A stretch of DNA of 32,000 nt from Pyrodictium abyssi. GTDB taxonomy: Archaea; Thermoproteota; Thermoprotei_A; Sulfolobales; Pyrodictiaceae. Below, in pieces: positions 1-13,877 of the stretch. The notes under the pieces are model-generated. The model saw only the letters and a list, made by a program, of their open reading frames with translations. It was not told the DNA's origin and searched no databases. The DNA is taken from positions 2,130,001-2,162,000 of the forward strand of contig NZ_AP028907.1 in assembly GCF_036323395.1 (NCBI RefSeq). The letters run 5' to 3'. Positions within the stretch are counted from its first letter, which is position 1. Every line of letters begins with the position of its first letter. A program made the position numbers and the translations under genes.

Positions 1-19
1 CCGTAGTATATGGCTGTAT

Positions 20-226
20 CTAGGAGTAAAGGTCCCCGAATAGTAGAGAAGAAAGTATCTTTACGGACTCTTGCACTATGCCGTTTATGCTGCTGGCTGT
101 GTGTTTTCCGGCTATCCTCTTGATTACAGAGTCGATTGCTTCTACTGCCTTCTGAAGCTTGCTCGGTGGAAGAAGATGCGAGAGAGCCTCCCTTATACGC
201 TGCTGGTAGCCGATCTTCTTCGTCAA
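20..226 (-). CDS. Small hypothetical protein, possible downstream cistron or displaced C-terminal part of the AAA ATPase fragment
   Basis: 68-aa ORF whose start overlaps the stop of the upstream ORF (223..774) by 4 nt; no recognised motif. Confidence 0.35.
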   Translation of the reverse strand: MTKKIGYQQRIREALSHLLPPSKLQKAVEAIDSVIKRIAGKHTASSINGIVQESVKILSSLLFGDLYS

Positions 227-774
227 TAGAGCTTCGGATAGAGCTTCGACGGGTATAATGGGGTGTTTTTCCCCTGCAGGTAGCCGTCATAGGCCCTTAG
301 TAGGAGGTAGTCGATGAAGAGCGCTGCGAGCGCTGCGGCCAGCCTCGCGGCAGCAACATAGTCTGAGCCCTTAGCCTCCTGCACCAGGCACTCTTCAAGA
401 CCGTCCCTGGCATACGTAAATGTCTCGTAGGCTAGAAAGAGCGCTGCTTCCCAGCTACGCCTAGGATGTAGCAGCCTCGTCCTAAACAATAGCCTCCCGT
501 ACTTCGCCTCTATCAGGGCTTTCTCGCACCCATCGTTTACAAGCTCTCCGTAGCCCTGCAGCTGCTTCCGGACAACTATGCAGCCGATAGCATCGCCGGG
601 CTCTGCTAGCTGCAGCCTATGGACCGGCGCTGTAAACGCCACAGCAGCTGCCTCGAGGAGCGAAGACTTGCCAGCATTATTCCTCCCAGTGATTATCGTG
701 ATAGGGGCTAGCTCTAGCTCGGCCTCTTTCACGCCACGGAAGCACTTCACCCTTAGTAGCGGCCGCTCGGCCAA
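223..774 (-). CDS. AAA/RecF-SMC-like ATPase N-terminal fragment (Walker A only)
   Basis: N-terminus LLRVKCFRGVKEAELELAPITIITGRNNAGKSSLLEA is typical of RecF/SMC-like AAA ATPases, Walker A = GRNNAGKSS; only 183 aa and no evident Walker B/signature. TTG start. Confidence 0.6.
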   Translation of the reverse strand: MAERPLLRVKCFRGVKEAELELAPITIITGRNNAGKSSLLEAAAVAFTAPVHRLQLAEPGDAIGCIVVRKQLQGYGELVNDGCEKALIEAKYGRLLFRTRLLHPRRSWEAALFLAYETFTYARDGLEECLVQEAKGSDYVAAARLAAALAALFIDYLLLRAYDGYLQGKNTPLYPSKLYPKLY

Positions 775-1159
775 GAGGCCAGACCCTCATTCCAACCATC
801 GCTAGGACAGTCATGACGCTATGGGGTATGCTGACTGCAGCCCCGTCCCTCCTCTTTGCGTGCCCAAGCTATTATCTCTGGTGATAATCGGTAGCCCCGT
901 ACGGTAGGGCACCCCATATACCAGTAGCACCGGGACAAGCGGTGGCTCGTCGCAGAGCTCCCTAGCCTCCTCCTCGTCTCCGTGACCGGAGCTGCTATGC
1001 TGCCAGTAAGCCCCAGGAGCTAGAGCTATAGAGGAATGAGGAGTGGAAGCACATCAAGCCAGGCGCTAGGCGGTGTCCAGGAAGAACGCGGAGAAACGGT
1101 AGCTGCATCGCTTGTAGCTCTGTCAGCGGCTGGGCAGCGAGCTGAAACAGCTGTTTTGG

Positions 1160-1573
1160 CTAGGGCGCCACTCTCAGCCATGGTACCCGTTTGAAGTCGT
1201 CGCCAAACGTGATTATAGCGTCTATCCCGTAGTGCCTGCACGTGGGCGCGATTACCGCGTCGCTTGGGAGCAAACGGTATCTCTCCATGACCTCGTAGAG
1301 TTCATCCTCTTCGTAGAAGTCGATAAGGATTCTAGTATCAGCCTCCGTACCAGCCTCCTTACCGCTTCAAGAACCATGGACGGGTAGCCGTGCTTCTTCA
1401 CCCATTTCCTCGCCGCATAGCCGCCGCGCACACCATGGTAGTGCTCCAGGTAGTGTAGCGTAGAAGTGTAGAGCATAGCTGTCCCGGTGCTCCTCTAGAA
1501 GACTGAGTGCCTCCTGGCTCCTCGGCGTCCTGTGCAGTATGTGGTAAAGGATATTGGTGTCAAGGAAGATCAA
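1160..1573 (-). pseudogene. PIN-domain (VapC-like) toxin, interrupted by two apparent frameshifts
   Basis: Three consecutive frame pieces: MIFLDTNILYHILHRTPRSQEALSLLEEHRDSYAL / TLHYLEHYHGVRGGYAARKWVKKHGYPSMVLEAVRRL / ADTRILIDFYEEDELYEVMERYRLLPSDAVIAPTCRHYGIDAIITFGDDFKRVPWLRVAP*. Together they reconstitute a full PIN domain. Confidence 0.75.
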
Positions 1574-1767
1574 GCCCTCCAGACCTCGCCTCGTAGCGCC
1601 TCAGCTCCTCCTCGCTAGACTCGCCCAACACGCCGACAAGGTCCTTCAAGAGCTTACGGATGGGCTTCTCTATCTTCACAATGGCTTCCTCGCCTTCTCT
1701 CAGCCCGGGCTCCTCTAGGGGGCACAAGTACGCCCCTCTCGTAGCGCACCCGTATAGCTCTAGCCAC
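1560..1767 (-). pseudogene. AF2212-like/VapB-type antitoxin with one apparent frameshift
   Basis: Reconstructed VARAIRVRYERGVLVPLEEPGLREGEEAIVKIEKPIRKLLKDLVGVLGESSEEELRRYEARSGGLDLP* if one nucleotide is removed from the C5/G5 run at 1718-1722; stop overlaps the PIN toxin start. Confidence 0.6.
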
Positions 1768-1989
1768 GGCCCAGGGCACCCCAGAGTACTATAGGAGTAC
1801 CAAGAATAGCCTAAGTCGTTACTCCGGCTATCCAGCCTCCGCCCTGCGCGGCTACAAGAGTCTTCTCTGTGCCGCTGGTGCCCGCCCGGGGCGCCTCCTC
1901 TACAGGGTGCGCGCCTCCCCTGGGGCAGCTGGGCAGCACCACTGGACCGGCAGAGGCGCCTCCGGGGGCCTTGGCGCTCTCCCTGGCTG

Positions 1990-2952
1990 CTAGGGGATGA
2001 TGACGGCGCGGCCTACTAGGCGGCCGGCTAGTATGTTCTCGTAGGCCTGGTTCACCTCGTCGAGCCGGTATGTCTTGTAGAAGGGCCTGACTAGGCCCCG
2101 TGCTATGAGGCTGATTGCTGCCTCGTATTCTCTCCGGGTGTAGGCGGCGGAGCCGGTTATCCGCAATTCGCGCATAACTATCATCGCGGGCCTCACGAGC
2201 TCCAGCGGCTTGCCCTCGACGTTGCCTATGAGCACGAGCGTGCCCTGGGGCCGTAGGGCGCGGAGGCTCTCGTTGATAGTCGGCGCGCCTACTACCTCGA
2301 AGACGGCGTCCACCTTGGCTCCCAGCTCGCGGCTAAACTCCCGGGAGGTCAGCGGGTGTACCCCCAGCTCTTCGAGTACGCGCGCCTTCTCACGGCTACG
2401 CGTCGTGCCGTAGACCTCCACTCCGTGGCTCAAGAGGTACTGCACGCCGTGTATGCCTACGCCGCCGGCCGCGCCGGTGACGATCACCCGGTCGCCGGCC
2501 CCGACCCCGGCCACTCTGGCCGCGTGGATGAACGTGGCCACGCCGCAGGCGGCTGCGGCGTAGTCGGTGTACCGCGTGTCCGGCAGCTCTATGAGGTTCC
2601 ACCGGGGCACGTAGACCTGCTCCGCGTAGCCCCCGGGCACAGTCTCTCCTAGGATGGCGTAGTCCCGGCAGAGGTTCTCGCGGCCAGGCATCCGCTCGCG
2701 GCACTCTTCGCCGACGATTGCCGGGAACACGGCTACGGGCTTGCCATCGTACTCGCCGAATACCTCGTGGCCCAGGACCAGCGGCGGCCGGAGGTTACGG
2801 AACCCGCCACGCCAGACCACGACGTCGCGGCCGCAGACCCCGACAGCGCGGACCCGGACCCCGATCCAGCCCCCGGGCGGCTCGTAGCTGTACTCCTCGA
2901 TGCTGAAGGGCCTGCCGAACCCGCGTAGGACAGCGGCACGGTACACGGCCAC
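1990..2952 (-). CDS. Zinc-type alcohol dehydrogenase (MDR superfamily)
   Basis: 320 aa with catalytic-domain motif GHEVFGEY, and Rossmann segment VIVTGAAGGVGIHGVQYLLSHGVEVYGTTRS. Confidence 0.85.
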   Translation of the reverse strand: MAVYRAAVLRGFGRPFSIEEYSYEPPGGWIGVRVRAVGVCGRDVVVWRGGFRNLRPPLVLGHEVFGEYDGKPVAVFPAIVGEECRERMPGRENLCRDYAILGETVPGGYAEQVYVPRWNLIELPDTRYTDYAAAACGVATFIHAARVAGVGAGDRVIVTGAAGGVGIHGVQYLLSHGVEVYGTTRSREKARVLEELGVHPLTSREFSRELGAKVDAVFEVVGAPTINESLRALRPQGTLVLIGNVEGKPLELVRPAMIVMRELRITGSAAYTRREYEAAISLIARGLVRPFYKTYRLDEVNQAYENILAGRLVGRAVIIP

Positions 2953-3200
2953 GCGCCTTGCACCTGGCTGTACAGCTATGCACCATCCTGTAATTAATGA
3001 TACTTGGCTACTCCTTAGCGGCCGGTTTTCGCGGCTACATGCATCGCGTTGTCCCGGATGCTCCCTCTACGCGCTGCAGCCGACGGCATCTTTATCTAGG
3101 GCTAGGCTTGGCAGATTAGGCAGAGCCGTCTTGAGGACATAATCTCTCCCGTCTCCGTATCTTGTCCTCATTTGTTGTAGCCGGGTTAGGTGGCGGCTGT

Positions 3201-4067
3201 ATGGCGGGTCTGAGGAGTGCGAGGGTAACCGTCCTGGTGGAGAACTCCACGGTGTTCATCGACGGGCGTATCGCGGAGTACGGGCTCTCTATGCTGGTTG
3301 AGGCGACGCTAGACAACGGCGACAGTGTGCTGGTGCTCCTCGACACGGGGCAGACGGGGCGGCCGCTCCTCCACAACCTCGAGGCGGAGGGGGTGAAGCC
3401 TAGCGAGATAGACTACCTGGTCCTGAGCCACCGGCATAGCGACCATACGGGCGGGCTGAAGGCGTTCCTGGAGGCTCGAAGGGGCAAGCCCATACCCGTC
3501 ATAGCGCATCCCGGCCTGTTCGAGCCGAGCGTGGCCGTGGTGGACGGGGTGCTCTACGAGATAGGCATGCCCATTACGCGTAACGAGGCCGAGTCCCTGG
3601 GAGCCAGGTTCGTCTTAACGAGGGAGCCTCTCCAGATAGTCCCAGGGGTCTGGTTTAGCGGCGAAGTGCCGAGCCGCTGGGGGCCGAGGCACACGAAGCT
3701 GGTATACCGCATAGAGGATGGTAGGCTTGTCGAGGACGAGATGCGTGACGATGCGTTCCTAGCGTTGTCGGTAGGCCGTGAGACGTACGTTATAACCGGC
3801 TGTGGCCACGCTGGCGTGGAGAACATACTGGGCTACGCGTCCGAGATCACAGGGAACCCCGTGGCAGGCCTAATCGGGGGCCTCCACCTGTTCGGCGTAT
3901 CAGGCGAGCGCGTGGAGGAGATAATAGAGGCTCTCCGGAAGCACCCGCTGAAGATACTTGCGGGGATGCACTGCACAGGGCCGTTCATACAGGAGAGGCT
4001 GCGGAGAGAGTTCCCCCAGGCGTACCGGCTCATGGCCACGGGGAGCAGGGCGAGGCTTCCGCCCTAG
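3201..4067 (+). CDS. MBL-fold metallohydrolase (7,8-dihydropterin-6-methyl... synthase-like / MptA-neighbour family)
   Basis: ORF 3162..4067; internal ATG at 3201 preferred. Motifs LLDTGQTG, LSHRHSDHTGGL, ITGCGHAG, LHLFG typical of MBL fold. Confidence 0.8.
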   Translation: MAGLRSARVTVLVENSTVFIDGRIAEYGLSMLVEATLDNGDSVLVLLDTGQTGRPLLHNLEAEGVKPSEIDYLVLSHRHSDHTGGLKAFLEARRGKPIPVIAHPGLFEPSVAVVDGVLYEIGMPITRNEAESLGARFVLTREPLQIVPGVWFSGEVPSRWGPRHTKLVYRIEDGRLVEDEMRDDAFLALSVGRETYVITGCGHAGVENILGYASEITGNPVAGLIGGLHLFGVSGERVEEIIEALRKHPLKILAGMHCTGPFIQERLRREFPQAYRLMATGSRARLPP

Positions 4068-4573
4068 CTGCGGCGCCTCTTCACCCTCCGGAGTGGTGTG
4101 CCGCATACTGGGCAGACTCTTTCGCCGGGCCGGCGGGATGCGTAGCCGCAGGCGGGGCACTGGACGCGGTAGCTCTCTACCCGGGTTATGCCGCGTGTGC
4201 GTAGCGGCATGTACTCCAGGCCTAGCCTGGCTACGAGGTTCTGCAGCGCGTAGTCGTCGGTGACCACCACGACGCGGTGGCCCTGCCTCTGGAGATCGAG
4301 GGCGAGCGCTGCTACGCTGAGGTCCGTCCTGCTGAGGGACGTGTGGAGCCCGGCCCGGGCTGCCTCCCGGGCGGCGCGCTTCAGCGCCTCGGGGCTGGGG
4401 TCGCGCACCTCTAGCCTGCCGAGGCCTAGGGCTAGCTCTAGGCCCTCGCGGCTAGCCTGGTCGCGCACCTCCTCTACGACCAGGCTCGTGGTGTAGGCCC
4501 GGGCCGCGCCCGGGGTGTAGAGGAGCCACCGGGCTATGAACGCGGTCGTGTCTAGGACGTAGACGGGCTCCAT
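4064..4573 (-). CDS. nob1: Ribosome biogenesis endonuclease Nob1 (PIN + zinc ribbon)
   Basis: N-terminal PIN VLDTTAFIARW, VVTDDYALQNLVARLG; C-terminal CPACGY...CPVCG zinc ribbon. Confidence 0.88.
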   Translation of the reverse strand: MEPVYVLDTTAFIARWLLYTPGAARAYTTSLVVEEVRDQASREGLELALGLGRLEVRDPSPEALKRAAREAARAGLHTSLSRTDLSVAALALDLQRQGHRVVVVTDDYALQNLVARLGLEYMPLRTRGITRVESYRVQCPACGYASRRPGERVCPVCGTPLRRVKRRRS

Positions 4574-5379
4574 GGCAGCCTCAGCAGCCCCCGCCCACGG
4601 TACCGTGCTATGCGGACCGGTGGCCCGCGGAGCACAGCCTCGACGACGGCCCCGCGGGCGAGGAGGTGCTCCCGCACGCCGTCTATGATTAGCTTCACCG
4701 GCCGGGTTGTGCGCTCCACCCTCACCCTGACCCTGGCGCCGCCGGGGACTACTATGCTGCCCATTCTCCGGTCGACCGGGTTGACCGGGGTCACCACTAC
4801 CGCGTCGAGCCCGGGGTGTACCACGGAGCCCCCAGCGCTGTAGCTGTAGGCGGTGCTCCCCGTGGGCGTTGCTACTATCAGCCCGTCGCCCTCCAGGCCC
4901 TCGTAGAGCAGTGTGCCGTCCTCGAGCTCGACTCGTAGCCCGGCCACCTTGGAGCCGAGGGCTAGCACTGCTGCCTCGTTCAGTGCGTAAGCCTCTACCC
5001 CGCGCGCGTGGACGCTGAGCCTCTTGTGCTCCTCCACGGTGTAGCGGTCCTCGACGAAGTCCCGTAGCCTCTCCATGGCCTCGCCTGGGGGCTCGTCGAA
5101 GAGGAAGGCCCGGCGCCCCAGGCGTACAAGGTGGAGCACCGGGCTACGGGCGCCGAGGAGCTGTAGCAGGCGTAGCAGGGTACCGTCCCCGCCTATGACC
5201 ACGACGCCCTCCACGTGGTCGAAACGCAGGTCTACGGCCGGCCCTCCGAGGAGCCCGGCTATAGAGGAGTCGTATGCTGGCTCGGCGCCGGCCTCGCGGA
5301 GGCGGCGGTAAGCCTCTCTAGCCAGCTCTAGCGCCTCCCTGCGGTCGGGCCTGGCGTATATGGCGACGAGCCGCGGCAT
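4552..5379 (-). CDS. nadK: NAD kinase
   Basis: VIGGDGTLLRLLQL, NEAAVL, DGLIVATPTGSTAYSYSAGGSVVHP, VTPVNP motifs. Provided ORF extends to 5622, but the conserved protein starts at ATG 5379 (MPRLVAIYARP). Confidence 0.92.
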   Translation of the reverse strand: MPRLVAIYARPDRREALELAREAYRRLREAGAEPAYDSSIAGLLGGPAVDLRFDHVEGVVVIGGDGTLLRLLQLLGARSPVLHLVRLGRRAFLFDEPPGEAMERLRDFVEDRYTVEEHKRLSVHARGVEAYALNEAAVLALGSKVAGLRVELEDGTLLYEGLEGDGLIVATPTGSTAYSYSAGGSVVHPGLDAVVVTPVNPVDRRMGSIVVPGGARVRVRVERTTRPVKLIIDGVREHLLARGAVVEAVLRGPPVRIARYRGRGLLRLPWSPSTS

Positions 5380-6289
5380 GGATAGGTCACCGGTCCCCTG
5401 CCTATGTATTGTCACTGGTCGGCGCTGCGGCGAGGCAGCGCGTAGGCTGCTCCGCGACAGCCAGCTTGCAGCAGGGCAGAGGCGGCCGGTTAAACAGTAC
5501 TGCACGCGCCAGGAGCTCCCAGTGTTCACAGCCGAGGCCGGGGCCAGCGAGCTGAAGCAGGTACGCGACCAGCTGCTAGCCGTCTGCGGCGGCCTCGTAG
5601 AGGTGGTCGAGGGCCTCTGCATGGCCCGGGAGCAGCGGCGCCCGCCCGTCTCCTACGTGATAGTGGGCCGCGTGGCTATAGTCTCGCTCGACGAGCGGCT
5701 GGCCGGCCGCGAGAGGGAGGTCGCCGAGGAGCTGCTCCGCACAGTCCCGGGGATAGCAGCGGTCTACGGCAAGGAGGCCACGGTGGGCGAGTACCGGGCC
5801 CAGAAGCTGGTACACCTCGCCGGCGAGCGGCTCCAGGAGACGATACACGTGGAGCACGGACTGCGTATACCGGTGCCGCTCGGCCGCGTCTACATAAACC
5901 CTAGGCTGGCCACGGAGCACCGCCGTGTAGCCGAGATGATAACTGGGGACGACGTGGTCCTCGACATGTTCAGCGGGGTGGGCGGCTTCAGCCTAGTAGC
6001 CTCTGCGCTGGGCCGCGGCCGGCTAATAGTGGCTAACGACGCCAACCCCTGGGCGGTCGCGAGCCTCCTACGCGCCATGGAGATGAACAAGTCGAAGCTG
6101 AAGACCCCGATAGTAGCGGTGTGCTCCGATGCGCGGCGGCTGCCAGAGCTACTCAGCCCAGTGTTCACGAGGATAATCATGAACCTGCCCCACAGCGCCG
6201 TCGAGTTCATCCCGGTGGCCAGGCGGCTCTGCAGCCCCCGGGGATGCGTGCTACACGTCTACACAGTGGCCTCGTCGCCCGAGGAGGCT

Positions 6290-7576
<1,287 letters not shown>

Positions 7577-7588
7577 AGCCCCCGGGGG

Positions 7589-8641
7589 CTAGCGGCGTAG
7601 CCACGCATCAAGCCCCATCTGGCGGCCCCTGAAGTGCTCCCTGTACGCTTTCTTCAGCCTCTCCAGCGCGTTCTTGACGCGGTCTGGGCTGAAGTCGTGC
7701 TCCTCTACGAGTATCTCGTAGACCTTCTTCTCGTCGGGCTCCCTCCACTCGAGCTTGTAGTCGCTCGTAGCCGGCGGGTTGAGGAAATACTCGTAGATCT
7801 TCAGCGGGTCCACCTGGAGCTCGTGCCGGGGGAGCCCCTGGAGCAGTTTAACCGGGTCGCGGTGCGCCTTGACCATCTTGAGCGCTGTCTTCGGGCCTAT
7901 GCCCTTAATCCCGTCGGGGTTGTAATCCGTGCCTATGAGTATGCCAAGGGCTATCAGCTGCTCCCTGGTTATCCCTAGGAGCTTCAGCAGCTTATCGAGC
8001 TCTATTAGCTCGGGCTTGACCTCCACGTAGACGTTCTTCCGGGGTAGCTTACGCCGCCCAGTGATGGCTAGGTTTCTCACTAGCCGGGGGGAGCCGAATA
8101 GGAGCGAGTCGTAGTCCTGGCTCGCAGCCGCCCACGCGTCGCCCCGGCGCGCCATGAAGGCTGCCTGGGCCTCGCCCTCGGCCGGGGCCTGGACGTAGGG
8201 GATACCCATAGCGTCTAGCAGCCGCTTAGCATCCCGTACCATCTCGTCGGTGAGCCTCGCAGCCATCTGGGCGTAGCGTCTTGCAGCCTCCTGGTCGCCC
8301 CTCTTGACGGCCTCCTCGTACTTCTTGACAGCCTCGGCTTTCACCTGCTTCCTCCGCTCTATCTCCATGTACTTCATCTCGGGAGGCTTACCGTCAAAGA
8401 CGTATACCACCTTTATCCCGTGCTCTGCGAGGTTTATGGTGCGGTAGAAGAGCCCGCTAAGATGGCTAGTAACCCGGCCCCGCGAGTCCATCAACGGGGT
8501 GCCGTCGGGCTGCCGTATAGCGGTAAGGAACTGGTAGAGCGCGTTGTAAGCATCTATAGCTACAACCTTGTATCGTAGAGCCGCCAGGTCTATCTCGGCC
8601 ACCGCTTCGGGCGGTATGATTTCGCGGAGATTGACACCCAC
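7589..8641 (-). CDS. fen: Flap endonuclease 1
   Basis: [67 protein letters not shown]; C-terminal PIP-like box QMGLDAWL. Confidence 0.95.
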   Translation of the reverse strand: MGVNLREIIPPEAVAEIDLAALRYKVVAIDAYNALYQFLTAIRQPDGTPLMDSRGRVTSHLSGLFYRTINLAEHGIKVVYVFDGKPPEMKYMEIERRKQVKAEAVKKYEEAVKRGDQEAARRYAQMAARLTDEMVRDAKRLLDAMGIPYVQAPAEGEAQAAFMARRGDAWAAASQDYDSLLFGSPRLVRNLAITGRRKLPRKNVYVEVKPELIELDKLLKLLGITREQLIALGILIGTDYNPDGIKGIGPKTALKMVKAHRDPVKLLQGLPRHELQVDPLKIYEYFLNPPATSDYKLEWREPDEKKVYEILVEEHDFSPDRVKNALERLKKAYREHFRGRQMGLDAWLRR

Positions 8642-8685
8642 GGCTCTCCTGCCCCAGAGGATAGGGAGGGCGCTGAGGGCCAGCG

Positions 8686-8922
8686 TTAAGGTTTCCTAAG
8701 TAGTTCTACGTTCCGTAGATTCTCCCGGAGAACCGAGACGTAGACTAGGCCCTGCATCTCCAGCTTCATGAGGGCGTGGAGGAACTCCGAGAAAGTCACC
8801 TCCATACGGCTCCTCACTGCGCGGTAGAGCTCCACGTCCTTAGCGCTACCGCCTCTCCTCTCAAGCTCCTCTATTATCGCGTAGTGGAGGGGTATACTCC
8901 TCCAAGCATCCTGACCTGCCAT
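8686..8922 (-). CDS. Small winged-helix-like protein
   Basis: [65 protein letters not shown]: wHTH-like pattern. Probable start 8922 within ORF 8686..8961. Confidence 0.6.
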   Translation of the reverse strand: MAGQDAWRSIPLHYAIIEELERRGGSAKDVELYRAVRSRMEVTFSEFLHALMKLEMQGLVYVSVLRENLRNVELLRKP

Positions 8923-9098
8923 AGGGGCGGCCACCTCCCAGCATGGAGTCGGGCTAGACACGTGGGGCTATCAGGCGCCTAGAGGGACGCATGCACTCCT
9001 AGCGCAGGGCTAGCCTGGGGGCAAGGCTTCCCGCGGATTCGGTGCGTCAAAAGAGAGGGGGTATAGACAAGGGCCCGGGGGCGCGGGTTTGCCCCGCG

Positions 9099-11462
<2,364 letters not shown>

Positions 11463-11586
11463 CTAAGACCCGTTTATTTGGCTAGCTGTATAGTGGCAGG
11501 AAGGGTAGCTATCCCTCACCACTTGTCGCTGGGCAAAAACGCGGGTCAGCGGCTGGCACGCGTGCGGGGGAACCGGGGCTAGCCCA

Positions 11587-11865
11587 CTAGTAGCTGGATA
11601 CCCTGTGGACGGCCTCTATCTCTATCTCCTCTACTCCCTCGACGTTCTGCAGCATCTCCTCGAGCTTGGAGGTGCCTCCCTCGCTCTCCTCGGGTATCAG
11701 TATGTAGAGCTTTAGCGCGTTTAGGCCGAAGGCTATCGGCACCTTGTCGTAGCGTGTTATCTCGTAGTTCTCTGGGAGCTTCTCCTTTATCTTGGCTACT
11801 AGGTCGTCTAGGTTTATGTCGGTGCTAGAAGGGTACACGGACGCGACCACAAGTACCTTGGCCAC
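11587..11865 (-). CDS. Translation elongation factor 1-beta (EF-1B)
   Basis: MAKVLVVASVYPSSTDINLDDLVAKIKEKLPENYEI...VPIAFGLNALKLYILIPEESEGGTSKLEEMLQNVEGVEEIEIEAVHRV matches archaeal EF-1beta. Confidence 0.9.
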   Translation of the reverse strand: MAKVLVVASVYPSSTDINLDDLVAKIKEKLPENYEITRYDKVPIAFGLNALKLYILIPEESEGGTSKLEEMLQNVEGVEEIEIEAVHRVSSY

Positions 11866-11952
11866 GAGGCTGCACCTCTACCCGGCTAGTAGCGCGTGTC
11901 GGCCAGGCTCTCGGGTCTCCTGCTAAAAACGTCTAGCCCACGGGGCTGCCCT

Positions 11953-12168
11953 CTAGGGGCCCTCGAAGCCGCACTTGGGGCAGCGGTAGGACACGCCCAT
12001 CTTACGGCAGCTCGAGCAGCGCCAGATGACTACCTCGCCGCAGTTCGGACAGAGGAACGCCACGCCCTTCTCCCAGGGCGTTATGGGCCTGTTGCAGCTA
12101 GTGCATATCGGGACCTTGGTAGCCTCTACTATGCTGGGCTTCCTCGCGACCTCGAGGCTCAGCGCCAC
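11953..12168 (-). CDS. HVO_2753-like zinc finger protein (COG2888 type)
   Basis: Four CxxC knuckles ([21 protein letters not shown]); typical neighbour of EF-1beta in archaea. Confidence 0.85.
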   Translation of the reverse strand: MALSLEVARKPSIVEATKVPICTSCNRPITPWEKGVAFLCPNCGEVVIWRCSSCRKMGVSYRCPKCGFEGP

Positions 12169-12262
12169 GGCCTGGTAGCACCCCCGGTGGTGCCCGGGGC
12201 AGTAGGCCAGCTAATTATTATCTTGCGGCCCTCTGTGGCGCTGGGCTATACTAGTGGAGGGT

Positions 12263-12643
12263 ATGACCCGGGCCATGCAGGAGTATAAGCAGGTCATAGC
12301 CGTCCGCACCGACATAAAGATGAGCAAGGGCAAGCTCGCAGCCCAGGTAGCCCACGCAGCCGTGGAGGCGGTCTTCCTCATACTCGACTCCGGCCACCCC
12401 GAGTGGAGCCGCTGGCTCCGCGAGTGGAGGAGCCAGGGCCAGAAGAAGGTGGTGGTCAAGGTCCAGAGCGAGCAGGAGCTCCTTCAGGTCTACCAGGAGG
12501 CCCGCCGCCTAGGGCTACCAGCCTCGCTGATAACCGATGCTGGTCACACCGAGCTGCCGCCCGGCACCCGGACCACCGTCGGCGTCGGCCCCGCGCCCAG
12601 CCAGCTCGTGGACCGCGTCACGGGCCGGCTCAAGCTCCTCTAG
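12263..12643 (+). CDS. pth2: Peptidyl-tRNA hydrolase (Pth2 family)
   Basis: KQVIAVRTDIKMSKGKLAAQVAHAAVEA... LITDAGHTELPPGTRTTVGVGPAP. Confidence 0.95.
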   Translation: MTRAMQEYKQVIAVRTDIKMSKGKLAAQVAHAAVEAVFLILDSGHPEWSRWLREWRSQGQKKVVVKVQSEQELLQVYQEARRLGLPASLITDAGHTELPPGTRTTVGVGPAPSQLVDRVTGRLKLL

Positions 12644-12650
12644 AGCAGCC

Positions 12651-13844
12651 GTGTGGGGGCGGTGGGGCATCCGGGCGGGCTTCTGCAGGAGCAGCAACCC
12701 CCTAGACCTGCTCCTTGGGCTAGAGTACCGGCTACGCTGCGGCCGCCCTCCGGCATGCGTAGCCCGGCCCCGCGAGAGGAGCTTCATCGTAGCCGAGTTG
12801 CCCGAGCTAACGCTGGAGCCCGGGGGCCGCTACTGCGTCTACGCCCTGGCCAAGAGGGGGCTACCCAGCCTTGACGCGGCGCGCCTCCTAGCCCGCCGGC
12901 TCGGCGTAAACCCCCGCCAGGCGAGCATAGCCGGGCTCAAGGACACTGAGGCGACTACGCTGCAGTACATTTGCCTCCCCTGCCCCCGTGAGCCCCCGGC
13001 CATCGTAGCGGTGCCGGGCCGGCTCTGGGCAAGGCTGGTAGGCCGGGCGAGCCGCTGCCCCCGCCGCGGGGTCCTCCGGGGGAACAGGTTCACAATAGTC
13101 CTTGAGCCGGTCTCGGCTAGCTGCAGGGAGGTAGTCGAGGCCGCGGAGGCGCTCCGGGGCGCGAAGCTGCCAGCCTACTACGGGTACCAGCGCTTCGGCA
13201 CCCGTAGGCCCAACACCCACCTCCAGGGCCTCGCTCTGCTACGGGGCGACCTAGCCTGGTACGCCCGGGAGCTACTAGGCAGCCCCTACCCCGACGAGTC
13301 CCCGGCCACAGCCAGGTGCCGGGCAAGCCTGTGGCGCAGCGAGGAATGCCAGGGCTCAAGGCTATACGAGGCCACTGTCGCCAGGCGCGCCGCTAGCCCG
13401 GCAGACCTCCCCGCCCTACTGCCCCGCGGCGTAGCCGAGATACAGCTAGCAGCGCTCCAGGCGTACATATTCAACAGGTACCTAAGCCTACGCTTAGCCC
13501 GGGGCCACAGCCTCGACGAGAAGCTGCCCGGTGAGAGGCTGGTAGGCGGCCGGCCACACGCCCCAGTCCCAGGCATAGGCTACCGGCTAGGCACCGGCGG
13601 CGAGGCGGCAGAACTGCTAGAAGAGGCCCTAGAGCCGCTAGGCATAGGCCTAGAGGACCTAGCAGAGCCGCCCCCAGGGCTGCCCCGGCTACGGCCCTAC
13701 TGGCGCCCAGTCTACACAGTCCCCGAGGGGCTCGAGGCCAGGATAATCCCCGGCTGCCGGGTAGCAATAGCATTCAGCCTAGAGAAGGGGATGTACGCCA
13801 CGCTAGTCCTACGAGAGCTAGCAGAGCCCCCGGAATGCGTGTAG
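12651..13844 (+). CDS. truD: tRNA pseudouridine(13) synthase TruD
   Basis: IAGLKDTEATTLQY, YYGYQRFGTRRPNTH, LQAYIFNRYLS motifs; GTG 12651 just after the pth2 stop is a more likely start than 12537. Confidence 0.9.
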   Translation: MWGRWGIRAGFCRSSNPLDLLLGLEYRLRCGRPPACVARPRERSFIVAELPELTLEPGGRYCVYALAKRGLPSLDAARLLARRLGVNPRQASIAGLKDTEATTLQYICLPCPREPPAIVAVPGRLWARLVGRASRCPRRGVLRGNRFTIVLEPVSASCREVVEAAEALRGAKLPAYYGYQRFGTRRPNTHLQGLALLRGDLAWYARELLGSPYPDESPATARCRASLWRSEECQGSRLYEATVARRAASPADLPALLPRGVAEIQLAALQAYIFNRYLSLRLARGHSLDEKLPGERLVGGRPHAPVPGIGYRLGTGGEAAELLEEALEPLGIGLEDLAEPPPGLPRLRPYWRPVYTVPEGLEARIIPGCRVAIAFSLEKGMYATLVLRELAEPPECV

Positions 13845-13877
13845 CAAAACCCTCCGGGAGAGCGAAAAGACCGCCCC

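Noticed and set aside
5380-5622. N-terminal extension of the NAD kinase ORF
   Set aside because: The extension is antisense to trm5 and has no NadK homology; conserved start is ATG at 5379.
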